A stretch of DNA of 64,000 bases from Albugo candida (taxonomy: Eukaryota). The position numbers and the translations under genes are program-made. The notes under the pieces are model-generated. The model was given only the letters and a program-made list of their open reading frames with translations. It did no database searches and was not told the DNA's origin. Location: NCBI GenBank assembly GCA_040437565.1, contig JBDOQK010000069.1:1-64000 (forward strand). The letters are read 5' to 3'. Positions 37,301-52,500 of this stretch are shown here, piece after piece (within the stretch, counting starts at the first letter, position 1; the number at the start of each line of letters is the position of its first letter).

Positions 37301-40300
37301 TCTGGGATGACATATTACAGAATTGTCGTTAAGTAACCACCTACCTATGTGTTGCAATCGCTCTGTCATCAAAGTGCATACGTTTGCCATACACATACGA
37401 TCTAGAACAAACCCAATGTTGTTACTATTCCTGGATTGTATGGTGGGATTGTTGACCGCGTTTTCGCATTTTTGTAGGTGCCCTCTGTCAAACAGCCCAT
37501 GCTCAGGAAAGCACACCTATCCAAAGATAAGTTCCTTCGTTGTTGAGACGCGACAGTGCGTAATGTAAGCTATGGATGGTGATCCACTGCCCAGAAATTT
37601 TTTATGTATCCTACACGACACTGTCGAATTGACTCATGGACGTCGCACCACGACAATTTTCACGCCATTCATTTGATTGATTGTTCACAGAAGTTGCCTT
37701 CTCCGGTCCGAAGGGAAGCTATTGATTATGCAACAGAGACAGCATCAAGAACTCAGATTATGTTGATAATAGTCGAAATATGCTTCAATGTTATTGACAT
37801 ATTCATGAACCTCTGAATTGTAGGACAGGTGCTCCAGGAAGCACTATATTGCCTTTTTAAAACCCATTATGCGAACGAATACGACATTTTTCTCCTTCCT
37901 ATTGGTAGTATTTGCTTGAGGGAATAAAAGCATTCCTGTCTCTAAGAGTGGTCAAGTGGTGCCGGGTTCGCAGAACCTTTTGTCAGAGTCGGGGTTACAA
38001 CGTGCGCACACAATCTTCACGCTACTTTGGTTTAGAGTCGTTGGAGAAAGTCTTCAGAAAATATGCGACATATATACAAATGACATGCAGTTTGAATATC
38101 GAGAATGAAGCGCACATTGATCGTAACGTATGCTAGGAAGAAACAACACATTGATATGCATTTTTAACTTACTGAGAACAGTCTTACTCGCTAATCAAGT
38201 CCAATCTCAGCAATTTTGGTCCATGTAGGAGCAGAACACGACTCGTTTCATGCGTGTCCTGAACGATAGTTAATAACGTATCATGAAAATCTTATGTCTC
38301 CAAAGCGATGCGGCGAATCAAGAAGCGACTTCGTTCACAGCAGAAGCGCTTCCACTTCGCAGAGAGAAGAACCGGTAGTGAAGGCACTATTTCGGACCAC
38401 AAGCTTATTCTGCATTTGCGGGAAGAGCGCGGCGTTGGGGACAATTTATCGTAACTATACACCCGATATAGTTTCTTAGTTGTGGACGCGAAAGCTTAAA
38501 AAAAAACTGCAAATATGTTTCTTCCAGTATTGCATTCCGGTGCAACCAAGTTTCGATACCGTATCAAAAAGTACTACTTACCATGGAATTCGTGTGTGGG
38601 CTCCGTATGTGTGGTTTTCGGGTGAGTTCATGCGCTTGACTGGTTGAGGATCCGATTTAGCTTCTTTGAGCGGTTGATATTTTCTTTCCCGATTCGATGC
38701 ATGCATTTCATATCGTGCTTTTACATAATTGCCATCAACTTTCTTTGAAAAAATACTCAAGTTTTCATGGTCTTCGACAGCCGACGCACAACAATGGTGG
38801 CATGATGTGTACAGTTGTTGAAACATCTCATCCATTGCTTTGTATTTTCCGCGATTCTTTGTTCTAACAGATGAACTATGACGTAGATAAGATGCTCCTT
38901 TTCATCATCGTCTCACGACTTGTTAAAATTAGCAATGTTCGCCTTCCGTGCTTCGAGTACCGCTACATTGAAACTCACCTTGTCGATAAGCTCGTACAAG
39001 GAATCGAAATGAATGCCCACGATGTGTCTGTAATTAGATTAACATGCCGACTATCGTGTTTTCGGGCTAATGAAAATGGTCCTTGTAAAGGTTGGTTCTA
39101 AACCGACATAGTTGGTATTCTTTGGCGAGATTCTGCAGTCTCAAAACATTTATCGCGCTGTCTTTTTCTATCGCATTTCTTTATTTCTCTTAACTGTTCA
39201 GGTTGTGGAACAAAGAGTATTCTTTGATATGATTGCAATGAGATCTTAGCGCAATTCAGTATTGCCAAAGCTTTATTCTCTGATACTGGTGCTATCTTCT
39301 GGATGAGCTCTGAGACGCAAAACGGTTTGTGGAAATTATAACATAGATTCAAGGTTGTATTCCGAGCAATAAGTATAGGTATTGCAATAGCTATACACTG
39401 TGTGCAACTCACAGAAAGAGAAGGTTGGAATCGATTGCAGTTTATCCCCTTAAGGAAATGTAAATCCGCAATGACGACTTATTGGAAGCGTTTGATCTTA
39501 TGAAGTATCGCGAATCAACGAAAGAAAGTTCCAAACTACTAACATTCTCATTGAATCTGGTCCCCATTCTGAGAAGACTTCTCATGCTAATGACACGTCT
39601 TTTGTTCATAAAAAAAACTGGATTTGGACTATGACATCATCGAAATGGGAGATATAACCATCCTAATGAAGCAAAATTTATCATTACCACATCATTTCAC
39701 TGATGTTAGGAACCATATTGGAAAGATCGCTCTGGATATATTTGTGGCTTCCAAAGCCATATTCACGCATGGATTTGTTTGTACTATTGAGGTGCTTTGA
39801 ATGTAAAAGTGTGCTCAAAGGCACCATATGAAACCATCGGTACATCGTCGGCTACATTTTGAAGCACTTTTCATCAATGATGAATCCTCAGAAGGTAAAT
39901 ACGAGTCTCGGGAAACACTTTCGACATGTTGGCTCATACTTTCACGGAGATGAGAATAAAAAACACCAATAAAATAGTGAGGTGCCAAAATGTTAAGCCA
40001 GTCTCCATTCAAGAAGCGCTATATTGAGGGGGTACTCATCGATTTTGCTAGCGTGTTGTACGATACACTTGATAACTATAATTTTCTGTAGGGTTTATGT
40101 GATAAATATGCAGAGCATGAACTTCTACGATGCACTAAATTATAAGTACGTAACAGTTGAGTTTATTCTAACAAAAAGGATATGTTCCTAGAACGAATCA
40201 CCTCGACTGGTTTCCACAAAGCTTTCAGTCGGCTGTTCGCAAGGACGACCTCAGATTGGACCAAAAAGTATTCGATCGCTCAACCACATCCTAGGCACTT

Positions 40301-40699
40301 GATTGAATTCAACCTCCCAAACAAGCGCTCACAATAGAGTTACTGTTTGGTGAGATATCAGCATTTTATGTAACATCCACATAGACTAATTTGATAGAAG
40401 TTCTCGCATCCGATCGGAATTACGTGATACTAGGCAATACATAGTATCCAATCTCTATTTATATTACTTCACATACCTGTACTTGCCAAAACGTCTTCTA
40501 TAAAGAGTAAATGAAAGAGCGCGTCTACAAGCGCCCCGCAAGTATATGTTTTCTTCTCTTGCAAATATCGCCTGCGCTCTCCATGTAGTAGGTGATCACA
40601 GCATAAACCCCCATCTTACACGACAATCTCTCATTGCAAGGGAAGATATTGAAAACATCTTTTTAAATGCCCAGCCTGTCAAACACGAGTGTCTGTTGC

Positions 40700-41100
40700 A
40701 ATGTGACCGCATGTCTATACGAAGCACGTATGTGATCATAAAGGTGGTCACTCATGAAGAGCTTTGAAGTGGCTAATTCTCTTCAGCATTTTACCGATAA
40801 TCATATCAGTAACTGTAGCCAAAACAACGGAATGGCTGCATATGGCTACAGACGGTCTACATTTTTCAAGTCAGGACTGCTTGTCATGCTGAATAGGAGC
40901 CATATCCGTCTGGGTCACTGATTAAGGTCCATCTACTATTTTACAAAAGTATGTCGAACAGTCATATGGATCGTGTGCGATTTACTTAATTCGTTGACGC
41001 ACAGCAATCTAAAGCACCAGGAAAAAGACCGAGAGCTCTATTCGAAAAGCTATCGTTCAAGGACACATGAAAGTCGTGGAGTCTTCAATAGAAGACTTTT
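40700..41100 (+). pseudogene. Possible decayed ankyrin-repeat gene fragment
   Basis: Ankyrin-like segments KGGHS*RALKWLI (~40740), HIRLGH (~40900) and IRKAIVQGHMKVVE (~41040-41081), broken by stops and frameshifts. Confidence 0.35.
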
Positions 41101-42699
41101 CCTTTCGGAGTGAGCCAATTGGTATTATATCAATGGTTTCGTTAAGTCACGCCACCAATTTCAGTCAGAACATCATGCGAATGAACTCTTGCAACAGCTT
41201 TGATAACCATACACTTTCTTCTAGTTGTATCGATACCGAATTCTGATGAATATTGAAACGGTATTTGAGTATAGGCTAACAAAAACAACGAGGAATACCC
41301 TTTTTTACACAGCAAAGACCACCTCTCCGTCTCCGGCTGTCATTACCAACAAGCGTTAATTGCGCGATACATGATAACGTGAGAGTCTAGATTCGATAAA
41401 AACTGAAGATCACGATATAATGCGGATACATTCCGACTAGTCAAACATTTCACATAATTGGTCTATGATAACCCAATTACCTGGCAGAAAGTGGTTCGCT
41501 CTGTATCGCAAGAAATAGATTGCACTGCTTGATATTTGACGAGCTGATTTCCGTCACTTATAACTGCTGCAATACTCTTGACAAGCCGACTTTTTTATTC
41601 AATTGTCTCGAGCAAAGAAATCTATAGAGAAGTCAGCGCTACAACTTAGTCATAAAAGACGATATATAAAACAGAAGACGCATGGGGCCAACCTGACAGG
41701 ACACATACGCTACTTCACCATAGGATCTTTGGTTGTAATAAAATGACCAACATTGTACGTGTACTAGGGCATCGATTATCGGTATTCCTTCGCTGCAAAA
41801 CAATAGCTCTCGATATTCGACCACATGAAACAATGCGAGACCTCGATACGACAATCTATTTTCCACCAGTCTTAGCGCAGATTTCCCTATAAGCTTATAC
41901 GGAGATAGCGTCGCGAGGGAATCTGCTTCTTCGCGACGTTCGAAACTAAACAGAGTAAGTCGAAGAAACAGATAAGTTTAATTGTATGCATGAACCCTTC
42001 CTCTCCCTATGATGGAGATGGAGCTTGTCGTGTGCATAAACTATCTCCAGTAAAAATTTGACCCCTTATTTATTCAAAGCGTCAAGTACCGTGCTGACAC
42101 GTATAAAGTTGCCGATTCGTAGCAATGGGTTGATGGTATTAGCATTTTATGTAACGATGTGAATTGTCATCCAGGAGCTGCATGCAATTAGATCGAGTCA
42201 GGCCACATGAAGCGGTCAGATTACTTTCATTAGACCCTATTGCTGAGTAAGATACTTGCGAAGCTGAATTATGTGGAAATATAAAGTGCAGGCTGAGCGT
42301 TTTGTCTTCGCAAGAATACTTCAGCATAAATGAAAACCTCAATCTACTTCTCTTGCAACCTCGTCACATGTATAGAAACATTTTTATGAACATCTTCTCA
42401 CTTCGATGCTCGGTTGATTAGGCGTAAACATGGCGTGAGTCCACTCCGTGGCTACCTTGATAGATGGAGCTGATCAGGACCCAGAAAGCGACGGCCAATA
42501 ATGAACAGAAACAGAGTTTTTTGTTAACATAATGTCTTCGGGAACACAATAAGATGCTCGACGAAGACCATGTCCTATAATAAAGAGCTTTATGGAATTA
42601 TTCCGAGGTATCCTTTGACCATTACTTTGGTCAATTAGTTTTCTTTAGCCATAGCCGATGTGTTAGCACTTCATCGTTTTAGTGGTGGTAACTCCATGC

Positions 42700-45600
42700 T
42701 TGCTTTGTTGACCATATTGCTTGCTCGAAGAAAGTCTTGAACACTTTGGATCACAAAAGCTACAGAGAACGATTTCAAGATGTGGTTCCCTTACCATGTC
42801 AAGATTCTACCACAACTTTTGCATACTTGAATTTCGAGTAGAACCTTCGTAGTGTAGATTTTCAATCACAATGGAACCACATGGGTTGTTTCATAGTGGT
42901 ACAGACGGCGTTGGAGGATATTCGAATATGAAATTATAATGCCTAATCTATCTGATGCCACATTTGGTCGACGCATCGGATGCAAATTGCTGGAGGAACT
43001 GAATGCGTTGTCGCTTCAGTCGTCCCACCAAAAACAGAAATTGTAGTCCACCATCTTTTGGACAAGAATATAAAACCTCTTTGCTGATCAGATGAACGTG
43101 TTTTGAATCCTTTTTGATATTTCCGACCAACCACAAATCGATTCGGTATCGCCTACCACTGTCGAATAGTGCTCGCTGGTATGTCCACGTGCATCGTGTA
43201 ATGCCACAGACGTGATATAATGTACGTATGCGCAACCACTAGTCGACCACGGATAATTCGTGCACGTCACCACAGTACACCAAACGCAGCGTAAACGCTC
43301 GTCGAGAGTTGCAATGACCATCGAATGAGTTGCTGTCTGGCCGAACGGAGTAACCGAATCCTTGACCGAATATACCAGTGAGATATCGAATTTGGTGATG
43401 CATCGACCGTCCTTGCACAAATGCTTTTTGATCTTGGATCAATTTCGGCAAAACCCAGTTGCAATCGATATGCCAACAACTTTGAAAGTACTTTTACATC
43501 GACAAAACGTAGTTCGATTGGCGATAGTTGCCAGGATCACCTCGTGCTCCTTTTTTTGTGTAACAAGGTGATTGCCGAGTGACGTTGTGATCGAACTAAG
43601 ATACTTCTTTCCAGATGATATTCGAACACGATCTCCCGACAATCGCCAAACATTTCCGGGTGAAGCTGATAGAATGTAGCTGGTAGCGTAACTATACGTG
43701 GAGTGGAAATACTCCGCATGTGCTTGATCGCTTCGCCATCTGGGTCTTACTTATGCGAGTTGATAGACGATCTTGCACTTCTGGCAAAAGGAAAACTTAA
43801 ATCGAATCCGGTAGCTTTTTTTTCTTTCACTGGATCAGTTGAGTCGCTTTCGGATACATAGAGAAAGTTTATGACACCACCCCAATGATCTCTCAGGTGC
43901 ACAATAATTTCACTCGGGTTCGATGTCGTGTTGCCACATTTTTTGTTGACGTTTCGATCGGCACGCGACGACAATTTCTTCCCGGAGGGCGAAAAAAAAA
44001 TGCTTGGATGACTTCTCCATATGCATACGTGATGCTCGAAGCCTTCACCTTGCTGTATTTGGCATTGTTTTCGACCGAAATTTTGGATTTTTCGACTTAA
44101 TACGTAAAAACGCCGTGACTGATCGGTATCTTGAGTGCTATATCGAGATGTTATCGCTTCCAAAACACTTTAGAGAGACTCAACATCACGTCAGATACCT
44201 TCTGAGATCTTGTTCTCAATTCCTGAATGCAGTTTCTTGATTTTTGTCTTTTTACTTTCCCACATTTTTCCGGGCTTCGAAGCTACCGGAACCTTCAAGC
44301 AATGAAGTCGCCTTCAATTGGATTGCTTCGACAACTTGACGATATTCAAATAGGCGTAGTAAAGATGTCTAATATTCTCGCCCCGCCCCGGAGATTGGTT
44401 TGGAGTCGTTAAAGGTACTTATTGTGCCAGGTGATCTCCTCCATGTCGTGGACGAAAATATTCAGTCTTTGTATACCGTATCAAATAGTTTTCTGTCCTG
44501 CTGATATAATTTAGTCAATTGTTGCCCGGCAATGGTCCTGTAAGAACTTTTCCATTCGGATGTTGCACTCGCCAAGCGTCTACCAAATCCAGTGCCAAAG
44601 CTATTCCAAACACGCTAATCGAGTTAATTCTTGTCGAATTGTTCCACTGGAGAAATCATAGAGTGGTGCGTTGCAAATACGAGATTTGTTGCGGCCGATA
44701 CGAAAGTGCTGAAGAGCAAAGAATATTAGAGAATTACTCTTTCCTCGACCTTGACCGGTGTCTATACACTGTAAGTATACACCGGTGCATCGTGAATGAG
44801 AAGACGCAAACGAACTAGCGATTGTAAATACTTCGTTCGGTAAGTTCTTCACCCATTGTAAAACCAAGAGAGTCCGAACGGAGAATTATCAACACATTGC
44901 CGCTGTGCATTTGAGTTGTATGTAGAAAAACACTGTTGTGGTCGTTGATTAACATTCTGTGCTGCATTTCTGAATTTATTTTAACTCAAATGATTCCAGC
45001 TGGTTGTGATCGTGAAACTTGGTTTCTTCATCACAGCTAATCGGATGTTTTGAGAGGACGTGGTCGATAAAAAGATAATCATTTGATCAATAGCATCAAC
45101 GTTCGCCTTGAGTACTGAGATGTTGTTTCACGTTGATATGAAGGCGACCAGCGCAGCTTGCATAAAGGTAATGTGTTGCATACTTATTCAAAGAAAAGTA
45201 AGTATTGCAAAGTCAGTCTTGCTGGACTGCTCATCTATTTCACCCGAGAGAACGCCACTTTTAGTCCGTTTGGACCAGCACCTAATGTTCAACTCTGAGT
45301 GTGACAATACGACAATGCCAGTAGCATATTGGTGATAAATAAGCGACAATGAGGATCCGGAATGCAAATAATTGTCCCTTAAGCTAGATGATGAATATTT
45401 ATGTATAGAGTGGGGGGGGGCAGTACACATCATAGGTTGTCCATAGTAATTCGTCACCGCTAAAGCTCTCATTTCCGGCACCGACCTCCACCTGGAGGCT
45501 ATTTTCTCAAGTACCACGTCACGATCGATGGAACTTTCCCACTAACATATCAACCCCATCATGCTGAAAAAATTTAACACCTCACTAAGATCACGAGGAG

Positions 45601-46620
45601 GGAATACTCGATTGATGATCAATTATTTCACCACTTCGTCCAAAGCTTCATTATTTGACTCCATACACTCTAATAGCACACCGTTTATATAAACGGATGA
45701 TCCAGTGTAGCTGGGATGCTTTTGTATGTATTGGTGCAGAACTAGACTAACCTGGCCACATGTGTGATGCAGGCGTCTGCTTCGAATGTGGCGTTTTCGA
45801 AAATAGTGGGCAGACTCTTCTAATGTGTAAGTCCATAGTTGCGTGACCGATAAGAAAGTACTCGTGGCCATTTTAGGTAGAGCATGAGGGCGTGCCTTCG
45901 AGACCATCTGCGTGAAGAGCTCCACACGGTGACGTTTTTCGTATGAACAAATAAACCTGCATGGCTATATCCTTATAACACTCTACTGATTCCGTTAAGA
46001 CTCGTAGAGTTGGTTTACCTCTAGATTTAGAATTGGAAGAGATGTTTCCGAACGTTGCGTTGTGCCCGATGATGTGATATCCGGAGGAAGCTTGAACTCT
46101 AGCGAGCTTTGGTTGGATCGTTCCCGTTCGACTTTCTTTGTCGCTTCTTTTTGATTTGAATTCGGCATATGAATGGTTTTGGAGGCGACCACTGATGCCG
46201 TTTTTGCTGGTCTTTTTTGTTTTTCGAGCTACAGCCGGTCGAGTAGCAATGCCTCCTAAGTCCAAAAAGTATGGACTACGTTGAACGAAACGTGGTCGCT
46301 CTGTAGAAAATGGAGCATTCTTACCCACGCAAAGGGATGAGTTGTTTGCCGAATGCGATTTTCTTGCATACCTTCCCAACACGCACCAGTGATTCTGGAC
46401 ACGTGGAGGACGCAAAGTAAACTATCCATGTCGACATAAAAACTCCTTTGAATAAGTTTGCTTCTCGAGAGTATCGAGAAGAACGCCACTCTTCTTTTCG
46501 TGGACGGATTTTGAAACACATCCCTTTCGACCTCAAGACCGACATCGAATACATCCAAATGGTATCGACGTTGTAAGGTATCGTACTCTTTGGGGATATA
46601 CTTCAATAGGAATGTTGTCT
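42700..46620 (-). mobile_element. Degenerate APE-RT LINE (family B): ORF1 and ORF2 remnants
   Basis: Minus strand: ORF1-like 46256-46606 / 46321-46554; APE start ~45110; LDLVDAWRVQHPNGKVLTGP (~44535-44595); RT region TPRIVTLPATFYQLHPEMF (~43650-43705) and PKLIQDQKAFVQGRSMHHQIRYL (~43380-43450). DNA similarity to 61.1-63.1 kb is visible. Boundaries are approximate. Confidence 0.85.
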
Positions 46621-47032
46621 TACTGGCACTCTAGTTGTTCATGTGCGTCCGTGGACGTTCCCTTCACGCGCACATTTCTCCCTGGTAGTTTAACACCTGG
46701 CCAATGTAAGGACTGTTCAGAAGAGACTCAACCACGGGGTTGCCGTGGTCCAGAAGGAGTGAAGTCAGTAATTTTTCTCCCATTGGAAACGCGGGCCAAT
46801 GTGTGGCCGGTTTCCAGAATCATCGGAAAAATTACATTCGCAATCTGGTAAAGCCTGGCGGCCACAGCTTACCAATCCTGTTACTACTTTATTCTTCATA
46901 AAGTGCATTAATTGCAGCAATATCCGATGCTTTCGGTTATGGTAGTTGTACGCGTTATTGCGCCTCCACTCGAGTGTTGTCTTTGCGCAAGGACTCTTGT
47001 GACTTGATGAGCTTTACCAAAGAGTGACGGTT

Positions 47033-47132
47033 NNNNNNNNNNNNNNNNNNNNNNNNNNNNNNNNNNNNNNNNNNNNNNNNNNNNNNNNNNNNNNNNNNNN
47101 NNNNNNNNNNNNNNNNNNNNNNNNNNNNNNNN
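47033..47132. other. Assembly gap (100 N) flanked by an identical 135-bp overlap
   Basis: 46898-47032 is repeated at 47133-47267. Confidence 0.98.
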
Positions 47133-48989
47133 ATAAAGTGCATTAATTGCAGCAATATCCGATGCTTTCGGTTATGGTAGTTGTACGCGTTATTGCGCCT
47201 CCACTCGAGTGTTGTCTTTGCGCAAGGACTCTTGTGACTTGATGAGCTTTACCAAAGAGTGACGGTTCGTCGGTTTACACTTACAGTTGCGTTGACACCA
47301 CTCTATACCGTCACAGTGGGGTCGGTGTTAGTTTCGATGTCATCACACAGGGGTGATTACCCATCAAAAATCATGCAATCACACAAAACTGGGTGGCTCA
47401 TGAGGATTCCCATGTCACTACAGAGTAGATAGTAGAACCCGGGGTTGTTTCGATGTGTCGATGTGTCGATTTAAACCATTTTGTTGGAGAGGAAGGTTGA
47501 AAAGGTTTTTTTTCGTGCTTTTTTTACTAAATTGGCGGGTTACGTAGTAGCCGGCAAACTGAGAAGTCCTCTCATCAGCACAGTGCCACCTACACCCTAA
47601 TGAAGAACTGTCATGATTGTGCTGCACAGAACTAAAGAATAAAAAGGACGAGGAAGAAGTCAAAATGCTCAAGATCTATAAATTGTCGTGCAGGTTTAAG
47701 CGTGTGGTTGAAAAAAGGCCAAAGTATTCTTACATGATGAACGCTATCGAAACGTGTTCTTCGGATAATGGAAACCAACATGTTGGAAAAAAAGGTCAAG
47801 AGATCGAGAGATGTCGACCTTGAGTCATGCACTTGACTTCAAAAGTGAAGCGATAAGAGCACAAATTACACCGAAGAAAAAATTTGCAGAAGGTTTATAT
47901 ATGATCGATTTAGAGCAATTTCAATTCAAAATCAACTGTGAGTGAAAATCGAGGAGGATCCTAAACAACTTGAAAAAAAACGATGCAACCCTCACCAACC
48001 ACACAAGTTAAAATAATCATCAAAGACATGCTTGAATTTGTGCTCGTGGATAGATATTCAAACAAGAAGAAAGAGCTTGTACAGGTTACTGTTAGTGTCA
48101 AAGCAATTTGATTAATTCTTGTCAGATCAAGAAAAGAACAGGAGCCGAAGCGACATCAATTGAGTCATATCAGTGAGGGTGACAGTACTCTGCAACCGGA
48201 TGCCTTGATTCAAGATTTGGATGGGAGACAAGTTCATTGCAGTGTGCTCGGAAGTTTGGTATCGGTATTGAAAACCCGTCCTGATTTGCTAAATAAGTCA
48301 TGCACACCCACGCACGACATTAACTATGATAAGGTATGAGGATCGCTGCAAAGTGCACATGTATTAAGGTAGCGCAACTAGTCACTTATCTGTATTTAAA
48401 ATTCGAAAGAACAAAGAAGCATGTTTCTTATGGCTGCGAAAGCTAGTAACGCTATAAACTGGAGTGCAATCTCTTCTATCCACACAAATAATGTAGTATG
48501 AAATCCAGGGACTTATGCAAAGGCGTGAGACCACTCGAATCACTACAGATACTGCTAGATAAACACATAGAAATCCCCAGAGAATTCAAACCTTGGCCGT
48601 ACAGGTGTATCAGAATTGGGGCATAAGCTTTCTTGCATTTGGATGTCGGACTTAAATACTGCTCGGGAGAATTTCCTTATACGTCATTGCGCTTCTCTAA
48701 GACCAGGATCATGACGTAGAAAAGTTCGTATCGCTTAAAATGAGGTAATCATAGTTCAGTGAATGAATAAACAGATGGCAATGGAGACTAAGAGAGCCTT
48801 AAGAATCTGAAGAATTACGGATACAAAAGCTATTTGATTTTCATGATGCTCGATCAGACGCTGATGACTTCCTGGGTATCAAGAGTGTAACGCATCCGAT
48901 GAGTTTACGTGTTATTACAACCGTATGAGGTGATCTGTATTTTCCAAACTGACAAGCGTGTCTTGAATCAAGTTTCGATTATGATGGCG

Positions 48990-49560
48990 AACAAAACGAT
49001 GAGGTTGCTTGGGAGACGGTTCGGTATAACGAGAAACTTGGAGAACTTGTTACACAGTGAAAAAGCATTTTGTTTTCACAATATCAAGTAATTCAGAGAC
49101 CCCAGCATTGATTACCGTTGCTCTGCTAATTGACTATACTTTAGAGGTTCATCACACGCCTTAATAAGACATGGCTTCTATATATCCTGTAACACTTTAG
49201 TGGTCGCAAAATGGTTCATGTAGCATCATGTGACTTGTGGCAGCACGAGTAAGATACGAGGTTTGATGCATTACAAATGCCACATCGTACAACCAGGACG
49301 AAGATTGGTAAAACCTTGAATCTCTCCACTACCAGATCTTAGTAAAGAATAAATTTGTACTGCTCTTATATTGGTATGACTGGTGGGTAATCGAGCGCAT
49401 GAACATCCAACTGAATCGGGTGACTTCCGAGTCGGGCACAACCGTGCCTCTCACGGGACTTGTACCGAATCGGCAATCACTTATGTGACACCATACGTTT
49501 CTCGATATGTAGATTCGTGCGAGCTTCACAGAAATACCTATTCCGCCTCGAGCTCATCCA
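48990..49560 (+). mobile_element. Ty1/copia reverse transcriptase C-terminal remnant
   Basis: LLGRRFGITRNLENLLHSEKAF (~49005-49070) resembles copia FLG.EI.R....L.LSQ..Y. GTCTESAITYVTPYVSRYVD (~49455-49514) resembles ATCTRPDIAYAVSYLSRYM. Order and spacing are as expected. Confidence 0.5.
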
Positions 49561-52500
49561 GCATTTCCGATGTCTTGTTGATGTCACATTAGGAGAAAAC
49601 TGGAATGACACATTGACTGCTCATGCACAAGTTGGAATTCATCATACTGAGTTGAGTAAGTTTTCCTTCATGACTGGGTGGCAAGCAATGTAGCTGTCAA
49701 ATACACTCAATTGAGCTTCGACACGGTTATCAACATAATAAGCACCGATGATTTTCCTTCTTCTGTAGTAATTGAGAAGAGTGTGTAACTATTCAGATGC
49801 AAGCCCAGGCCTGAATGAAGCTTTCTCTCGAGACAAAAGCTGGTAGTTTCTTGATAGAAAAATCAAGTAGAAAGAAGGTACTTTGGAAATGATCCTGTAC
49901 AAGTACGTCTACGTTCGGTAAAATTCGAGCGTTTCGAAGCGAAGCGATATTTGGAATCGTGCATCATTTTTTTTCCGGAGAATTTGTTTTAGTTATCACT
50001 GAATACGTACATGGCTGTTTTGCAACCTCGATTTCCTCATTGTTGAAGATGGGGATATTAAAAACTCCTTTATGGTAAATACTAGTTGATTAAAGCTTTA
50101 CTGCCGTAAGGATGCAAAAGTGAATCTGTCGACGGGCATGCATGATGTGGGGGCTCTAGGATCAGCCTCAAAAACATTGTGATATCTCGATTCTATTAAA
50201 GTGAATAGCTCAGATGCAAGTTGTTCTGCAACATTCGGACCTTACTACGTTAAATAGATGATAAGATTCTCCGCTCTACTAAACTAAAATAAATGACAGC
50301 AACATGAACCAAAATAAGTCATTTCTGAAGTGAAAAATAGCTATTTACCATCTACACTCCGATGTTTGTGTCGGATGTATTTGACTCGAGTGACAATATA
50401 TCTACAGGTATGCCTTTTGCATCACGAGAAAGATACTTGTAGCACCCACTTTCATGTACATCAATGCTAGAGTTATTTCTCAAAGTGCGATCTGTTACAA
50501 CTTTACTATCAACTCAACTCGTGGGAAACGTTAAGACGGTGGGACCATAGACCCTTTAACTTCATCGACACTTACCGCAATACCAATCTTTTTACCGACA
50601 ACATACTCCTATCATTATGGGCTCCTGAATTGAAAGATATTGATTAACATCCATATTCATACGTGATAATAATTTAGAAACTTTGATTGTTTCTCGTATC
50701 TCTGTAAAACGCGATATCCGGTATGTCCTTGTTTTTGTAACGTTCTCATTTCAAATATGATGTTCCATCCTCCCTACTTAGGCTTGGATGGTTCTATGAT
50801 ACACCCGGAATCCTTTGATGCTCGTAGACGAGTCGTAGGAGGCAGCGAAAACATTGAGCAATTTCGCTCAATGACCATGACACTCATCATTTTGAAGAGG
50901 TGAAGTGAAAATCGGCTTGATTTATTTACAGACGCAGATCAAAGTATGAATTCAGACGAGCGATCTCTTCCGTAGCGATACGCTGGCCCAATCAATCTCT
51001 TTCGCGCATCATAAATTGGAGTCAGCTTCACTCAAGCCAAAATGAAGCGAAAGATTGTCGTACATAACGGAATTATGTGCGTCCATCATTGTTGATTTCT
51101 TAGATAAGCGATTCATTGCGTCTATCTTGTTCAGACAGCTCATATCGTTTTGACGTTTTTGCTTGGTAAGATAAAAATCACAGTCAGATGTGATATTTAT
51201 CTTGTTTCTTCTCCGGAATAAGAGGGTCCCACTCGAATTATCACGAATTCAATAGCACTTTCCTTCTCCATCAGCGCTTCGCAGTTGCATTTAAATCTTT
51301 GACACTTTATCATGTTCATTTGCGGAGATACTGACAAAAACCTCAATACTCATAGCTCCGTGATTTCTCAGCATGATATTGATTTTGTCTATGGTGAATT
51401 ACCACTATTCCCTGCTTCTTCCTCGCTCTATCAGCTAGTTCTATTATATAAAAAAGAATGCGACTAATCTAAACAATAATATACTCCATCGATTTGGAAG
51501 ACACCTATATTGCCGTGCGTACTAAAACGATTCTGTAATGAGTGACTCCAAGTCTCATCACACTAGGTAAATGTTCGTTTTATTAGCTGCATTAGTTGAC
51601 AAAGATCGCGTTAGTTTGGTACGGAAAGAATAGATTGTGTTTCTACAGCCGCAAGAGATATAAAGGTACAACTTGAGCACGGTATTATGCGTGAACATGG
51701 GATAACAAAGTTGCTATTTGTCTCTCTTCGTTTCCTTTACATTATGGCATGACGGGAAGCTCCAATAATACTCCACAACCTCCCATTGTCCTGTGGAGTG
51801 CAGCGCGTTCGTGTCCGTATTGAGGACGTGGACATGAAACGTTTTGACTAGTTTAATAGCATCGCTAGCGCCGATTTCTGAGGCTGAATATATTGACAGG
51901 TGATTGCGCCATATTACTGCACAAATATACGTTCCTTGAAACATGAAGAGTCTCCTTGCTCAATGATAAAGGAAGATTGAGCTTGCATAAAATATCATTA
52001 CAGGACATGGTGTGTGAGTATCTTGATGATGATGGGTATGACCGTGCATCGATGAACACTAAAGATATTCTGCTGTTACGAAGCCACTGGATTGAATAAT
52101 GCAGTGCTTCCATACAATTTAGATTCTCTCTCTGATCCACTTTGAAAAAATACAACACTCGACAGACTGTAATACTATTCATGACAACTTGATCAGCGTC
52201 GTCGTTTCTAAATCCTACAAAGAAAATGCTCGTGTATATCAGCGACGAGAAGCTTATCTGATGATGTCTATTGTAGTTGTGTGTACATCTGTCGAATGAT
52301 GGAGTCGGGTCGATTAACCTCCGGTGAAAAAGTATAGCATGGTGGTGAAACAACTGCACTTGTTGTAAGAATGCCTAGACCGAGAAGGATTGCTAATGTG
52401 CGTTTTTGCTTTGACCTCTTCATTCGTAATAGTGTTCAATGTTGAGACGTCACCAATTCAGAAAATTGATGAATTCGAAAGACCAACCGATCCCATTGCA

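Noticed and set aside
46898-47267. 135-bp perfect direct repeat
   Set aside because: The copies flank a 100-N gap exactly, which indicates an unmerged contig overlap rather than biology.
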